Both the position numbers and the translations under genes were made by a program. Shown here piece after piece: positions 16,720 through 26,830 of a stretch of 64,000 nt of DNA. Source of the stretch: an uncultured Methanosarcinales archaeon (lineage in GTDB: Archaea > Nanobdellota > Nanobdellia > Woesearchaeales > GW2011-AR9); the NCBI GenBank assembly GCA_964498285.1, contig CAZCGN010000001.1, positions 444,681 through 508,680 on the forward strand. The letters run 5' to 3'. Below the pieces are notes generated by a model. The model searched no databases. It worked only from the letters and a program-made list of their open reading frames with translations, and was not told the DNA's origin. How positions within the stretch are numbered: the stretch's first letter is position 1; each line of letters starts with the position of its first letter.

Positions 16720-19700
16720 ATGCCAGTAGCATCCAGACATATACAACAGTACTTTGAAGAAATAAGCAAAGAGGTTGACCTGTGCTATTCTATTGCAAAC
16801 GATGCGAGAAGCAAACTGCTTGATCCAGCACCAACCTCAGAAATCATGCTTGCACATACTATGGCAGAAAGAGTTATTGGTCTCGTTTCTATGGCAGCAC
16901 CACAATTATTAGGAACAGATATCCCTAAACGTGTTGAAGAACTTGAAAAAGAGTATGGGGCGCTCGATTGGCGGGTGGGATTTAAAATAGCGGTGGAAGT
17001 TGCCCAGGAAAAATTCTGCAAATTTGAGGATAAACGAGAGGCAATGGAAGTGGGAATTAGAACGGGTTTTGCGTATTTAACGTTAGGAATTGTTGCAGCA
17101 CCACTTGAAGGATTTGTAAAGCTTGATATTAAACAGAGAAAAGATGGTAAAGAATACTTTGGGCTTAACTATGCTGGCCCTGTGCGAGGGGCAGGTGGTA
17201 CGGCATCTTCCACTTCAGTTATTTTAGCAGACTATGTTCGTGTACAGATGGGTTACGCGCCATACGATCCGCAGGAAAAAGAAGTTTCCCGGTACATAAC
17301 TGAAGTACACGACTATCATGATCGTATAACTAATTTACAGTATCATCCTTCAGATGATGAAATCAAGTTTATGGTATCACACTTGCCCGTTGAAGTTACG
17401 GGCGATCCTACAGAACGTATTGAAGTTTCCAACTACAAGGATCTTGAAAGAATTCCAACAAACCTCATTCGGGGAGGCATGTGTCTTGTTGTAGCAGAAG
17501 GGTTGTGCCAAAAAGCACCAAAGTTGTGGAAACGTCTTTCTAAGTGGGGAAAAGACATGGATCTTGAGTGGGGATTTCTAGGCGATTTCCTCAAATTAAA
17601 AGAAAAGATTCATGCAAAACATGGCGAGGAAAAAAAGTCTGATTCTAAAAAGGATGCAAAACCGAAAGTCAAAGCAAATAACACGTTTATTATGGACATA
17701 GTTGCCGGAAGACCAGTTCTTACTGACCCAATTCAAACCGGTGGGTTTCGCCTGCGCTATGGTAGAGGCAGAACGTCCGGTTTTTCAGCATCCGCTGCGC
17801 ATCCAGCAACAATGGTTGTTGTTAATGATTACCTTGCTATCGGAACACAACTCAAAATTGAAAGACCAGGCAAAGGATGCACCATTACTGCATGCGACAG
17901 TATTGAAAGTCCCATTGTTCGCTTGAAAAATGGCTCTGTGATCAAACTAACCTCAGCAGAACTTGCAAAAAAAATGTTTTATGAGGTTGATGAAGTCTTA
18001 TTTTTGGGCGACATTCTCTTTAACTATGGAGATTTTAGCGAGAACGGACAAAAGTTGGTTCCGGCAGGGTATTGTCCTGAGTGGTGGGTGCTCGAAGTTG
18101 AGAATGCATTAAAAGAAAAGTACTCTATTCAAAAAATAGATGAAACCTCATTGGAAAAATTTGCAGAGCAAATTGGTTCAAGTACAGAAGATGTTAAGTT
18201 GTGGCTTACTAATTGCTTGTATAACTCACCTCCATTTGATGTAGCGCATAAAATATCACAAGAGTTTAAGGTTCCCTTGCATCCAGAACACCTTTTGTAT
18301 TATGATTGCATCTCATTTGAACAATTTAAGGATCTGTGTGAATATTTTCCTAAAGCAAAAGTAAAAAAGGATGCTCAAGGGAAAGTCCTTAAAATAGTTC
18401 TTCCATATTCAGTAAATGATACAGCATCTCTTAAAGCTAAGCGTGTTCTTGAGGAGTTAGGCGCACTTCATGAAGTAGTAAATAATGAAAGTATTGTACT
18501 TGCAAAAAAAGAAGCTTCTCTCATTGCAACATCCATTCTTCCTTTCATTGAGAAAATAGGCGTGTCAGGTGCAGAGAAATATGAAACTGCATTAGACTTT
18601 TTAGCTGAACATTCAAGTATTGAACTGCGTGCAAAGGGGGGGACATTCATTGGCGCAAGAATGGGAAGACCCGAAAAAGCAAAAATGCGTTCAATGAAAG
18701 GGTCTCCACACGGTTTATTTCCAATAGGAGAAGAAGGTGGGCGGTTACGAAGTTTTCAAGCAGCATTGCAAAAAGGGTACGTTGAATCAGCATTTCCATC
18801 GTACTTTTGCTCCAAATGCGTCAAAGCAAGTGTGTATCTGAGGTGTGATACGTGCAATAGTGAGTGCACACTCAAATTTCATTGTAGAACGTGTGGCGAC
18901 CTTGAAAAAGAGACCTGTAGGCATGGAAATGCACGAAAATATCGTACAACAAAAATCGATGTGCGTAAATATTTTTCTTCAGCAAAAGAGAGGCTTGGTG
19001 AAACATTACATCCAGACCTAATCAAGGGTGTTCGAGGCACATCAAATAGGGACCATACGGTTGAACATTTATCAAAGGCGATTCTTCGGGCAAAACATCG
19101 GTTGTATGTAAATAAAGATGGCACAACAAGATACGATATGACTGAGCTTCCAATAACGCATTTCAAACCAAAAGAAATTCAAACGTCGGTTTCAAGGCTT
19201 AAGGAGCTAGGGTACTTGCAAGATATTCATGGTAAGGCTTTGGTAGATGATAACCAGCTTCTAGAAATCAAGCCACAAGATGTGATCATGCCGGGGTTCG
19301 ATTCTATTGAAGAGTCATCTTCACAGGTTCTTATACGTGTTGCACAATTCATTGACGAATTGTTAGTCAAATTTTACGGTCTTGAGCCGTATTACAATGT
19401 AAAAGAAGCAAAGGATCTTGCGGGTCACCTCATTATCGGGCTTGCCCCACATATTTCAGCCGGAACCGTTGGAAGAATCATTGGATTTTCACAGACACAA
19501 GGTATGATCACGCACCCGATGTATCATGCGGGTCTTAGGCGTGATTGTGATGGGGATGAAGCGGCAGCCCTTCTGCTTCTTGATGGATTACTTAACTTTT
19601 CAAAAAAGTTTTTACCTTCTTCAAGAGGTTCTACAATGGATGCTCCGTTGGTTTTAACACCAGTTCTGGACCCAGCAGAGGTTGATGACCAGGTGTTAGG

Positions 19701-20322
19701 GGTTGATGTCATGTGGAGGTACCCTTTAGAATTTTACGAAGCAAGTTTGGAGATGAAAGCACCGTGGGAGGTGAGGTTCGGTAAAGACGAAAAGAAAATA
19801 GAACAACTTGACCACAGGCTTGGGAAAGAAAACCAGTATGAAGATTTTGGGTTTACCCATCCGGTTGATAACTTTAACAAAGCAGTTCAGTGTTCAGCGT
19901 ACAAAACACTGCCCACGATGAAAGACAAACTGTTTGGTCAAATGGACATTGCCCAGAAAGTGCGTGCAGTTAACATGGGTAATGTAGCGCGCCTTGTGAT
20001 TCAACGGCATTTTTTGGCTGACATAAAAGGGAATTTACGAAAATTTTCAATGCAAACGTTTAGATGTTCAAGTTGTAACGCAAAATATCGAAGACCGCCT
20101 CTTTCACGCAAATGTACTGCATGCAAATCGCCGAAACTGCTTTTTACTATTTCCGAAGGATCTGTTGTAAAGTACTTAGAACCTTCAATGGATTTGGCAA
20201 AAGAGTATGATTTCTCACCATATTTGAAAGAAACAATTCATTTGCTTAAATCGAACATTAATGCGGTGTTTGGAAAAGGGCGCGATAAACAAACAGGGTT
20301 GGGCGCGTTTATGGTGAAGTAA
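16720..20322 (+). CDS. polC: DNA polymerase D large subunit DP2
   Basis: AAPLEG, GPVRGAGGT, GGFRLRYGR, RMGRPEKA, catalytic RRDCDGDE and zinc fingers. No intein. Confidence 0.98.
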   Translation: MPVASRHIQQYFEEISKEVDLCYSIANDARSKLLDPAPTSEIMLAHTMAERVIGLVSMAAPQLLGTDIPKRVEELEKEYGALDWRVGFKIAVEVAQEKFCKFEDKREAMEVGIRTGFAYLTLGIVAAPLEGFVKLDIKQRKDGKEYFGLNYAGPVRGAGGTASSTSVILADYVRVQMGYAPYDPQEKEVSRYITEVHDYHDRITNLQYHPSDDEIKFMVSHLPVEVTGDPTERIEVSNYKDLERIPTNLIRGGMCLVVAEGLCQKAPKLWKRLSKWGKDMDLEWGFLGDFLKLKEKIHAKHGEEKKSDSKKDAKPKVKANNTFIMDIVAGRPVLTDPIQTGGFRLRYGRGRTSGFSASAAHPATMVVVNDYLAIGTQLKIERPGKGCTITACDSIESPIVRLKNGSVIKLTSAELAKKMFYEVDEVLFLGDILFNYGDFSENGQKLVPAGYCPEWWVLEVENALKEKYSIQKIDETSLEKFAEQIGSSTEDVKLWLTNCLYNSPPFDVAHKISQEFKVPLHPEHLLYYDCISFEQFKDLCEYFPKAKVKKDAQGKVLKIVLPYSVNDTASLKAKRVLEELGALHEVVNNESIVLAKKEASLIATSILPFIEKIGVSGAEKYETALDFLAEHSSIELRAKGGTFIGARMGRPEKAKMRSMKGSPHGLFPIGEEGGRLRSFQAALQKGYVESAFPSYFCSKCVKASVYLRCDTCNSECTLKFHCRTCGDLEKETCRHGNARKYRTTKIDVRKYFSSAKERLGETLHPDLIKGVRGTSNRDHTVEHLSKAILRAKHRLYVNKDGTTRYDMTELPITHFKPKEIQTSVSRLKELGYLQDIHGKALVDDNQLLEIKPQDVIMPGFDSIEESSSQVLIRVAQFIDELLVKFYGLEPYYNVKEAKDLAGHLIIGLAPHISAGTVGRIIGFSQTQGMITHPMYHAGLRRDCDGDEAAALLLLDGLLNFSKKFLPSSRGSTMDAPLVLTPVLDPAEVDDQVLGVDVMWRYPLEFYEASLEMKAPWEVRFGKDEKKIEQLDHRLGKENQYEDFGFTHPVDNFNKAVQCSAYKTLPTMKDKLFGQMDIAQKVRAVNMGNVARLVIQRHFLADIKGNLRKFSMQTFRCSSCNAKYRRPPLSRKCTACKSPKLLFTISEGSVVKYLEPSMDLAKEYDFSPYLKETIHLLKSNINAVFGKGRDKQTGLGAFMVK

Positions 20323-20323
20323 T

Positions 20324-20629
20324 TTATCCCAAATACCCTTCTGCGTGTGGAACACCATCGATTACTAAAATTCGTGCAGGATCAACTATTCCAAGATCAA
20401 CACCAATTTCCACTGCATGAACGCCCGTTAAATGCACAACATACGCTTTTTCTAAAAGTGTGAGAACATCTTCCTTATTCATTTCTTCACCTTTATAGAA
20501 CTCTTTAGATAAATCAAGTTGCAAATCACCTTGTTCGAATTGTTTGCCTAAAATGTTAGAATCAGTAATGACAACAACAATTCCGTGCGGTGAAGAATGT
20601 TCTTTTACAATAAATGTGGGCTTTTCCAT
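20324..20629 (-). CDS. DUF424 family protein
   Basis: VVVITDSNILGK..FYKG..VHLTG...V...GVPHA; conserved neighbour of aIF2-beta. Confidence 0.8.
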   Translation of the reverse strand: MEKPTFIVKEHSSPHGIVVVITDSNILGKQFEQGDLQLDLSKEFYKGEEMNKEDVLTLLEKAYVVHLTGVHAVEIGVDLGIVDPARILVIDGVPHAEGYLG

Positions 20630-21040
20630 CTATTTAATATTTTTAACAGGTTTTTTTGTACCGCATGCTTGGCATCGCAAGTACATAATTCCTTTGTCTT
20701 CTACGATCTGCGTATCTGGTTTGTTACACTCTGAACAAAACACAAACTCGCTGGCATACTTCTTTATTTTCTTATTAAACATCTTTGCAGAAATTTTTGC
20801 AGGAAAGACCGCTCGTGTCCCAACATATTTTCCAGCACTCGCAGTTTCACGTAAAAGATACTTGAGAAGATGAGTAGGATCTCGTCCTAAATCTTTTGCA
20901 ATTTTTTTAAGATTACTCAAAATAGTTTTACTTCCTTCGATGTGACCTTGCACTTTATCTATTGTAAATCTTTCGTCACCAGAGGTCAGCTCAGGAAGTT
21001 CAGATTGTGCTTTTTTGAGTAAATCTTCGTATGATTTCAT
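20630..21040 (-). CDS. eif2b: Translation initiation factor aIF-2 beta
   Basis: YEDLL..ERF..CSECNKPDT..CQACG. The start is ATG 21040; the ORF track over-extends to 21172. Confidence 0.92.
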   Translation of the reverse strand: MKSYEDLLKKAQSELPELTSGDERFTIDKVQGHIEGSKTILSNLKKIAKDLGRDPTHLLKYLLRETASAGKYVGTRAVFPAKISAKMFNKKIKKYASEFVFCSECNKPDTQIVEDKGIMYLRCQACGTKKPVKNIK

Positions 21041-21156
21041 TCTATCTTGTGTTTTGTATCCTGTTTTATAAAGATTTTCCCATAGATGTGAACGGTAAGA
21101 TTTATATATCCGAAAATAGTTGTTAGAGATATAAAAATCAAAGAGGTTAGAAGAGA

Positions 21157-21408
21157 ATGGCAGGATTATCATTAATGCAAGTTGTGCTTGCGGTTATTAT
21201 CGGAACGTTAGCTGCGATAGTGTATTCATTACGTGTTCTTATTATGCTTGAAAGACGTGTTGCAAGTATGGAGATGAACATACAACGAATGACAACACGA
21301 ATCTTACGAGAAGAAGCTGTTATTGAGCGTGCGCTTAAAGTAAGGCGAAGACCAGCTGCACGAAAAGCTCCAGCAAAACGTAAATCGGCGCGTAGAAAAA
21401 GGCGTTAA
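21157..21408 (+). CDS. Small membrane-anchored protein with coiled coil and basic tail
   Basis: N-terminal TM (LAVIIGTLAAIVYSLR), a coiled segment and an RRRPAARKAPAKRK tail. Confidence 0.7.
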   Translation: MAGLSLMQVVLAVIIGTLAAIVYSLRVLIMLERRVASMEMNIQRMTTRILREEAVIERALKVRRRPAARKAPAKRKSARRKRR

Positions 21409-21412
21409 ACAA

Positions 21413-22306
21413 TTATTTTCTTTTTTTAACTTTAGATTTCTTAGTAACTTTCTTTTTGGTGGCTTTTTTGCGTGATACAGTTTTCTTTTTCTTGAGAATT
21501 TTTTTCTTCGCTGCTCGTTTCTTGCGAGCAACTTTTTTAGCCTTCGATGATTTTTTTACAGACGTCTGTTTCTTCTTTGCAAGTTTTTTCTTTTTTAGAG
21601 CAGCCTTTTTCTTCCTAAGAGCTTCACGTTCACGCTTACGTTTCTGAGCCGCCCTCTTCTTTTCAAGCTCTTTTCTCTTTTTCGCTAAAATCTTATCTTT
21701 CTCTTCTTTAAGAAGACGCTTCTCTTCTCTTCTCCGCTCTTTTTCTTCCTGCTTTTTGATAGCTTTCTTCTTTGCTGCACGCTTTTTTCTCTTTTCCTCA
21801 GCTGCCAAACGAAGTTCTTCTTCAATTTCTACGATTGTTGATTTTAGCTCTTCAATACGTATTGAGCTATCATCTTGCTCAAGAAGTTTTCCACATTCTG
21901 GACATCTAAACTCAAATTCAAGCGCATCATCAAAATCAAGACGCACACATTTTTCGGGACATTGAAAAAAAACCTTATTTATTTCTTGATTCAGTTCTTC
22001 TGTGAGTTGGACAAGTAATTCACGACGCCTTTTAAGGTATGCAAAGCGTAAACTTTCAGTAACAAGCGTCCAATAATAGATGTACCACCCTTTTTGTTTG
22101 TCCTTTTTACGAGTAAATGAAACTAAATTATGATTATAGAGCAAATAGAGCATTTTTCGCACAACTTTAATGTCTTTTTTGAGCTTTTTTGCAATATCGA
22201 ACTCTGAGACGTTCTCAGCATCTTTAAGAAGGTCAGCAAGTTTGAGTCCATCTTCTCCTAAAATTCTAAGGACAACTTCATCAATTTTCTTCTGTGTGAG
22301 CCGCAT
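21413..22306 (-). CDS. tfe: Transcription factor E (TFE alpha) with a long Lys-rich C-terminal extension
   Basis: Winged helix (VRKMLYLLY..GWYIYYW), zinc ribbon CPEKC..FRCPECG, then about 125 aa of K/R/A-rich tail. Confidence 0.88.
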   Translation of the reverse strand: MRLTQKKIDEVVLRILGEDGLKLADLLKDAENVSEFDIAKKLKKDIKVVRKMLYLLYNHNLVSFTRKKDKQKGWYIYYWTLVTESLRFAYLKRRRELLVQLTEELNQEINKVFFQCPEKCVRLDFDDALEFEFRCPECGKLLEQDDSSIRIEELKSTIVEIEEELRLAAEEKRKKRAAKKKAIKKQEEKERRREEKRLLKEEKDKILAKKRKELEKKRAAQKRKREREALRKKKAALKKKKLAKKKQTSVKKSSKAKKVARKKRAAKKKILKKKKTVSRKKATKKKVTKKSKVKKRK

Positions 22307-22386
22307 TGTAAGTAAGAACCGTATTTAGTGTCTACTCTGAGTAATAACAGTTTTAAATGTTTCGTAAAAAGCTCTACTTTTTCCCT

Positions 22387-22785
22387 TTATTTCCTTAGTT
22401 CAACGACTTCTTGGCAGGTAAGCCCTCGCCTTCTTGCTAAATCAAGGGATACGACAAACGATTTGCCAGAATCTTTCAAATCTTCAAGCATCAAAAAGTA
22501 CCATTCTTCGGCTGGAAACCGGACGGCAACCCAAGCTTCAGCTCCGAACTGGCGTGAAAAGACCTGTAACTGCTCAATCTCACTATTTGTAAAATATTTT
22601 TTCCTCTCTTGCGTTACTTTACACTCAATTGCAAGCCTGCGAACACCATTTCCTGCCAAGACGTCAGGAGACGGATATTTCGTGCTTCCTGAGCCTGCAA
22701 CACGAATTGCTGAATATCCATGCTCATTAAAGAAGATGACAAGTTCACGCTCACCTTTCGTCCCCTTTGCCTTGCAATTCACCAT
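22387..22785 (-). CDS. hjc: Holliday junction resolvase Hjc
   Basis: KG..GERELV, RVAGSG, PDVLA and IECK (PD-(D/E)xK). Confidence 0.93.
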   Translation of the reverse strand: MVNCKAKGTKGERELVIFFNEHGYSAIRVAGSGSTKYPSPDVLAGNGVRRLAIECKVTQERKKYFTNSEIEQLQVFSRQFGAEAWVAVRFPAEEWYFLMLEDLKDSGKSFVVSLDLARRRGLTCQEVVELRK

Positions 22786-22795
22786 AAAGATAGGA

Positions 22796-23689
22796 TCAGA
22801 AGCTTACCTTCATAAAATCTTCGGCAAAAGTCACATCATCACAGAATTGTTGCGCTTCTTCAACATGCGCAGACGTTGTTTTATAGCGTGGGCTGATATG
22901 GGTGAGAATCAATTTTTTCACGTTTGCATCACTTGCAAGCTTCCCAACCTCGAGCGCAGTCATATGACTATGTTTAATGGCGTTTTTCTTCTCATCACTA
23001 TGAAATGTACTCTCGCAAATAAGAACAGTAGCATCTTTGGCTAAATCGCTTGCTCCTTGGCATGGTCTTGTATCGGCAATATACGCAACTTTTTTCCCAG
23101 GAACGGTATACGTAACATCCTTGCTTAAAATCTTTTTTCCTTTGAATATAACGTTCTGCCCGTTCTGTAGTTTGCCTAAAATTGGTCCACTAAGCCCGAG
23201 TTTTTTTGCTTGCGCAACCTTAATACGACGTTTATTCTGTTCAAAAAATGCGTAGCCCAAGCAGGGTTGAGAATGTTTAAGCTTATGAGCCTCAAGTTTG
23301 AAATCTTTGCTCTCAAAGATAACTCCTTCTTTTGTTATCTCATGTACTTCAAAATCTACCATACCAATGCTTGCAAACGAGCGTAGCATGTATTTCATGT
23401 ACTGTTTTGTGCCTTTCGGCCCATAAATGTGCAACTTTTTGACAAACTGATCTGCACCCATTGTACTCATAAGGCCCGGAAGCCCAAAACAATGGTCGCC
23501 ATGCCAATGGGTAATACACACCCGTGTCACTTTACTTGGTTTAAGACCAGCAATCCTCATTTGGCGTTGAATACCTTCACCACAATCGAACAGAATATTC
23601 TCTTCTTTTGCTGTAAGAAGAATACCAGAGTGGTTCCTCTCTTTAGTTGGCTTCATGCATGTTGTTCCAAGAAAAGTAATGATTCCCAT
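22796..23689 (-). CDS. rnz: Ribonuclease Z
   Basis: FLGT..PTKERN, DCGEG, THWHGDH, GP exosite, ADT, HSH and THISPRY. Confidence 0.95.
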   Translation of the reverse strand: MGIITFLGTTCMKPTKERNHSGILLTAKEENILFDCGEGIQRQMRIAGLKPSKVTRVCITHWHGDHCFGLPGLMSTMGADQFVKKLHIYGPKGTKQYMKYMLRSFASIGMVDFEVHEITKEGVIFESKDFKLEAHKLKHSQPCLGYAFFEQNKRRIKVAQAKKLGLSGPILGKLQNGQNVIFKGKKILSKDVTYTVPGKKVAYIADTRPCQGASDLAKDATVLICESTFHSDEKKNAIKHSHMTALEVGKLASDANVKKLILTHISPRYKTTSAHVEEAQQFCDDVTFAEDFMKVSF

Positions 23690-23706
23690 TAATGGTGAAA
23701 ACTATG

Positions 23707-24345
23707 CTAGATACTTAAAACTTTTTCTAGTTCTTCAAGCGTTTTGATTTTTGGGTGATACTCTCGAGAATTTTTACGATCAACTAAAATTGCCCGTATA
23801 TCTTGCGCTTTTGCTGGAATAATGTCGCTTTGAATACCGTCGCCCACCATTACACATTCGTGTGGACTTACATTCAACTTTGTAAGGACTTGTTCTAGAA
23901 ATTGTGGATCACTCTTTATTGCCCCAACTTTATATGAAAGAAAGATGTGATCAAAAAGGGTGTTCATCTCGAATTTTTCAAGAACACGCTCAACAGAAAA
24001 TGAATCTGTGCTTGCGATAAGAACAAGCGTATGGCCCTGACTCTTGAGCTTTGTGAGAACCTCTTTAACTTCACTATAGGGTTCTGCAAGCATCCAGGAT
24101 TTATTCCACATTCCCACCAATCTTTCAACTGTTTGTTCGTTTGCAGTAATACTAAACTCTGTGCAAATGGCTTCAAATGCGTTGTGAAGAGTTTCGAACT
24201 CTTTTGTCATCATCATGCGCTCCATTCGTATGACATACTCAGAAAAAGGGAGTTTGATCTCAAGAATATTACGAACCTGTTTTATTGGGCTCCACACGCC
24301 ATGCTCCACCACAGTCCCCCAAAAATCGAACAATATTGTTACCAT
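23707..24345 (-). CDS. HAD-superfamily hydrolase
   Basis: FDFWGT motif I, K(SDP) and VGD...DI motif IV. Confidence 0.85.
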   Translation of the reverse strand: MVTILFDFWGTVVEHGVWSPIKQVRNILEIKLPFSEYVIRMERMMMTKEFETLHNAFEAICTEFSITANEQTVERLVGMWNKSWMLAEPYSEVKEVLTKLKSQGHTLVLIASTDSFSVERVLEKFEMNTLFDHIFLSYKVGAIKSDPQFLEQVLTKLNVSPHECVMVGDGIQSDIIPAKAQDIRAILVDRKNSREYHPKIKTLEELEKVLSI

Positions 24346-24448
24346 TAAGTGTAGAATGGGGCTTTTTCTATTTATATTTTATTGAACTCTAAGCGAACTA
24401 AGCTCTGTTCGGTAGATATTTATACTACCTTAGATTCTTGATGTATCG

Positions 24449-25525
24449 ATGAAGATTGAAGAAAGAATAGCACTCATTCAAGAAGTGGGCGAGGAGATTG
24501 TCTCAGTTGATGAGCTGCGCGAGCTTCTCAAAAAGAAAAAGAAGTTTATTGCATATGATGGGTTTGAGCCATCAGGACAGATTCATATTGCTCAAGGAAT
24601 CTTACGTGCAATCAATGTTAATAAGATGACAAAGGCAGGTGCTCATTTCAAGATGCTTGTTGCTGACTGGCATGGGTGGGCAAACAATAAGATGGGTGGG
24701 GATCTTGAAAAAATCCAAATTGTGGGTAAATATTTCATTGAAGTATGGAAAGCAAGTGGCATGGACTTGAAAAATGTAGAGTTTGTCTGGGCATCAGAAC
24801 TATTAAACAATAGAGAATACTGGAAAACGGTCATGCAAGTTGCACGCCAAAGCACACTTAAGCGTGTGTTACGAACAACCCAAATTATGGGAAGAGATGA
24901 AACTGAGGGCCTTCAAGCGTCCCATATCATATACCCCTGTATGCAAACAGCAGATATATTTCATCTTAAAGCTGATGTATGTCAGTTAGGTATGGACCAG
25001 AGGAAAGTGAACGTTCTTGCAAGAGAGCTTGGGCCGAAAATAGGGTTCTACAAACCAATTATCGTCTCACATCATATGCTCATGGGACTTTCAGAACCAG
25101 TATCCAACACAAAAGATGCTAGAAAAAGAGCAATCGAGATGAAAATGTCTAAATCAAAACCGGACACAGCAATTTTTATGACAGATAGCTCGCAAGATGT
25201 CAAACGTAAAATGAAAAAAGCGTGGTGTCCTGAGAAAGTTGCTAAAGACAACCCCATTTTAGAATATTGCAAGTACATTATTTTTGAGAAGTTTGATAAT
25301 TTTACAATCACAAGGCCCGAGAAATTTGGTGGAAACGTTAAGTTCAGCTCTTATACCGATCTAGAACAAGCGTACGCGAAAGGCGAAATTCACCCTGCAG
25401 ATTTGAAAAATGCAACAGCGGATTATATTGATACACTTCTTGAACCTGTACGAAAACATTTTGAGAAAAATGCAAGTGCACGTAAACTCAAAGAGCAAGT
25501 TGAGAACTTTAAAGTCACTCGGTAA
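24449..25525 (+). CDS. tyrS: Tyrosyl-tRNA synthetase (archaeal type)
   Basis: YDGFEPSG.IHIAQG, YPCMQ.AD, GMDQRK and KMSKS. Confidence 0.96.
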   Translation: MKIEERIALIQEVGEEIVSVDELRELLKKKKKFIAYDGFEPSGQIHIAQGILRAINVNKMTKAGAHFKMLVADWHGWANNKMGGDLEKIQIVGKYFIEVWKASGMDLKNVEFVWASELLNNREYWKTVMQVARQSTLKRVLRTTQIMGRDETEGLQASHIIYPCMQTADIFHLKADVCQLGMDQRKVNVLARELGPKIGFYKPIIVSHHMLMGLSEPVSNTKDARKRAIEMKMSKSKPDTAIFMTDSSQDVKRKMKKAWCPEKVAKDNPILEYCKYIIFEKFDNFTITRPEKFGGNVKFSSYTDLEQAYAKGEIHPADLKNATADYIDTLLEPVRKHFEKNASARKLKEQVENFKVTR

Positions 25526-25530
25526 GAATT

Positions 25531-26739
25531 TCATTTCCCTTCTATAATGACAGTTGAGTTAAAAGTAAAATATTTTCTTGCAACACGCCCGATGTCTTTA
25601 ATGGTAACTTTTCGAACATGTGTTACATAGTTATCCAATTCGTCTGCTCCTTTGATATGTTCCCAGACCAAAAGTTGGTCTGCAATTTGTTGCGTGCTCT
25701 CAAGATTAATGTAAAAATTTCCTTCAACAAACCGTTTAGCTTCATCCAAATCCTTGGTTGTAATAGATTGCAATTTTGCAAGTTCTTCTTTCATAACTTT
25801 ACGGGCAATAGCAATATTCTTTTTATCAACGCTTGCGTAGAGGGCAAAATAGCCAAAATCAATATCTGATACATGGTGTGTTCCGACATCGTATGCAAGT
25901 CCACGGTTTTCACGTAGTTCAGTAAAAATTCTTCCGCTTTGTCCTCTTCCTAAAATTCCATCAATCACATCAAGAACATAACTATCTTTGTGTTTACGTG
26001 AAACGGTAGAATACCCAACAACAATCTGTGTGTTGATAACTTCTCGTTTATGCTTTTTGAGGTTACTGCGTTTCTGTTTCGGCTCAGTATGTATCTTGTG
26101 AAGCCTCTTTTTTTGGCTGTCAAATGATTTACCAAAATATTTTGAAATTACCTGTTTCCAATTTGAAACATCTCCTACAAGCGAGAGAACCATGTTTTCT
26201 GGCCTATAATATTTGGCGTAGTATTTGCGAACATCATCAATTGTAAGGCGAAGAATTTGTTTTCGATCTCCATAGACAGGATTTTTTATAGGATGTTTTT
26301 TGAACAACGTTTGTTGCAAAAGAATCCATTGATAATACCGAGGGTTATCATAGAGCATATCGATTTCCTTAAGCACAACATTTCGTTCCCGTACAAACGC
26401 TTTTTCCAAAAACAACGGATTAAACAAAATATCTGAGAGAACATCTGCTGCGAGCGCAAACTGTTTTTTAAGTACCTTGATATGATAGTTTGTGCGAACA
26501 GCAGTAGTATACGCATTAAACTCACCGCCGACTCGTTCAATTTCGTTTGCAATAGCTCTTCCAGTTGGTCTTTTTGGTGTCCCTTCAAAAAGTAAATGCT
26601 CGATCATATGCGAGATGCCACGCTCTCCTTCAGATTCATCATTACTTCCAACCTTTACCATGACCTCACAAGTAAGGGTTTTAGCTTTTATTGGGTAGTA
26701 CAGAACAGTAAGCCCATTAGGTAAAATAACACGTTTCAT
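25531..26739 (-). CDS. M16 (pitrilysin-family) zinc peptidase
   Basis: HMIEH inverted zinc motif, NAYT and LRENRGLAY. Confidence 0.92.
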   Translation of the reverse strand: MKRVILPNGLTVLYYPIKAKTLTCEVMVKVGSNDESEGERGISHMIEHLLFEGTPKRPTGRAIANEIERVGGEFNAYTTAVRTNYHIKVLKKQFALAADVLSDILFNPLFLEKAFVRERNVVLKEIDMLYDNPRYYQWILLQQTLFKKHPIKNPVYGDRKQILRLTIDDVRKYYAKYYRPENMVLSLVGDVSNWKQVISKYFGKSFDSQKKRLHKIHTEPKQKRSNLKKHKREVINTQIVVGYSTVSRKHKDSYVLDVIDGILGRGQSGRIFTELRENRGLAYDVGTHHVSDIDFGYFALYASVDKKNIAIARKVMKEELAKLQSITTKDLDEAKRFVEGNFYINLESTQQIADQLLVWEHIKGADELDNYVTHVRKVTIKDIGRVARKYFTFNSTVIIEGK

Positions 26740-26830
26740 GTATGATAAAATGATATTTTTTGAGTATATATAAGTATCGAAGGGCCTATCAAAGCAAAGA
26801 TTTAAAGACTTTGAAAGGACTCTTTAGAAG

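Noticed and set aside
8293..20322. Inteins in MCM, Cdc6 or PolD
   Set aside because: Protein lengths are normal and the catalytic motifs (GDPGAGKS, RRDCDGDE) are uninterrupted.
21041..21172. 44-aa N-terminal extension of aIF-2 beta in the ORF track
   Set aside because: It covers the divergent promoter region and overlaps the next gene. Homology begins at ATG 21040.
21413..21800. Low-complexity T-rich tract as a tandem repeat or frameshifted pseudogene
   Set aside because: It is the in-frame Lys-rich tail of TFE with varied codons and no periodic unit.
22328..23044. 238-aa plus-strand ORF
   Set aside because: It is an antisense shadow of hjc and rnz with no motifs.
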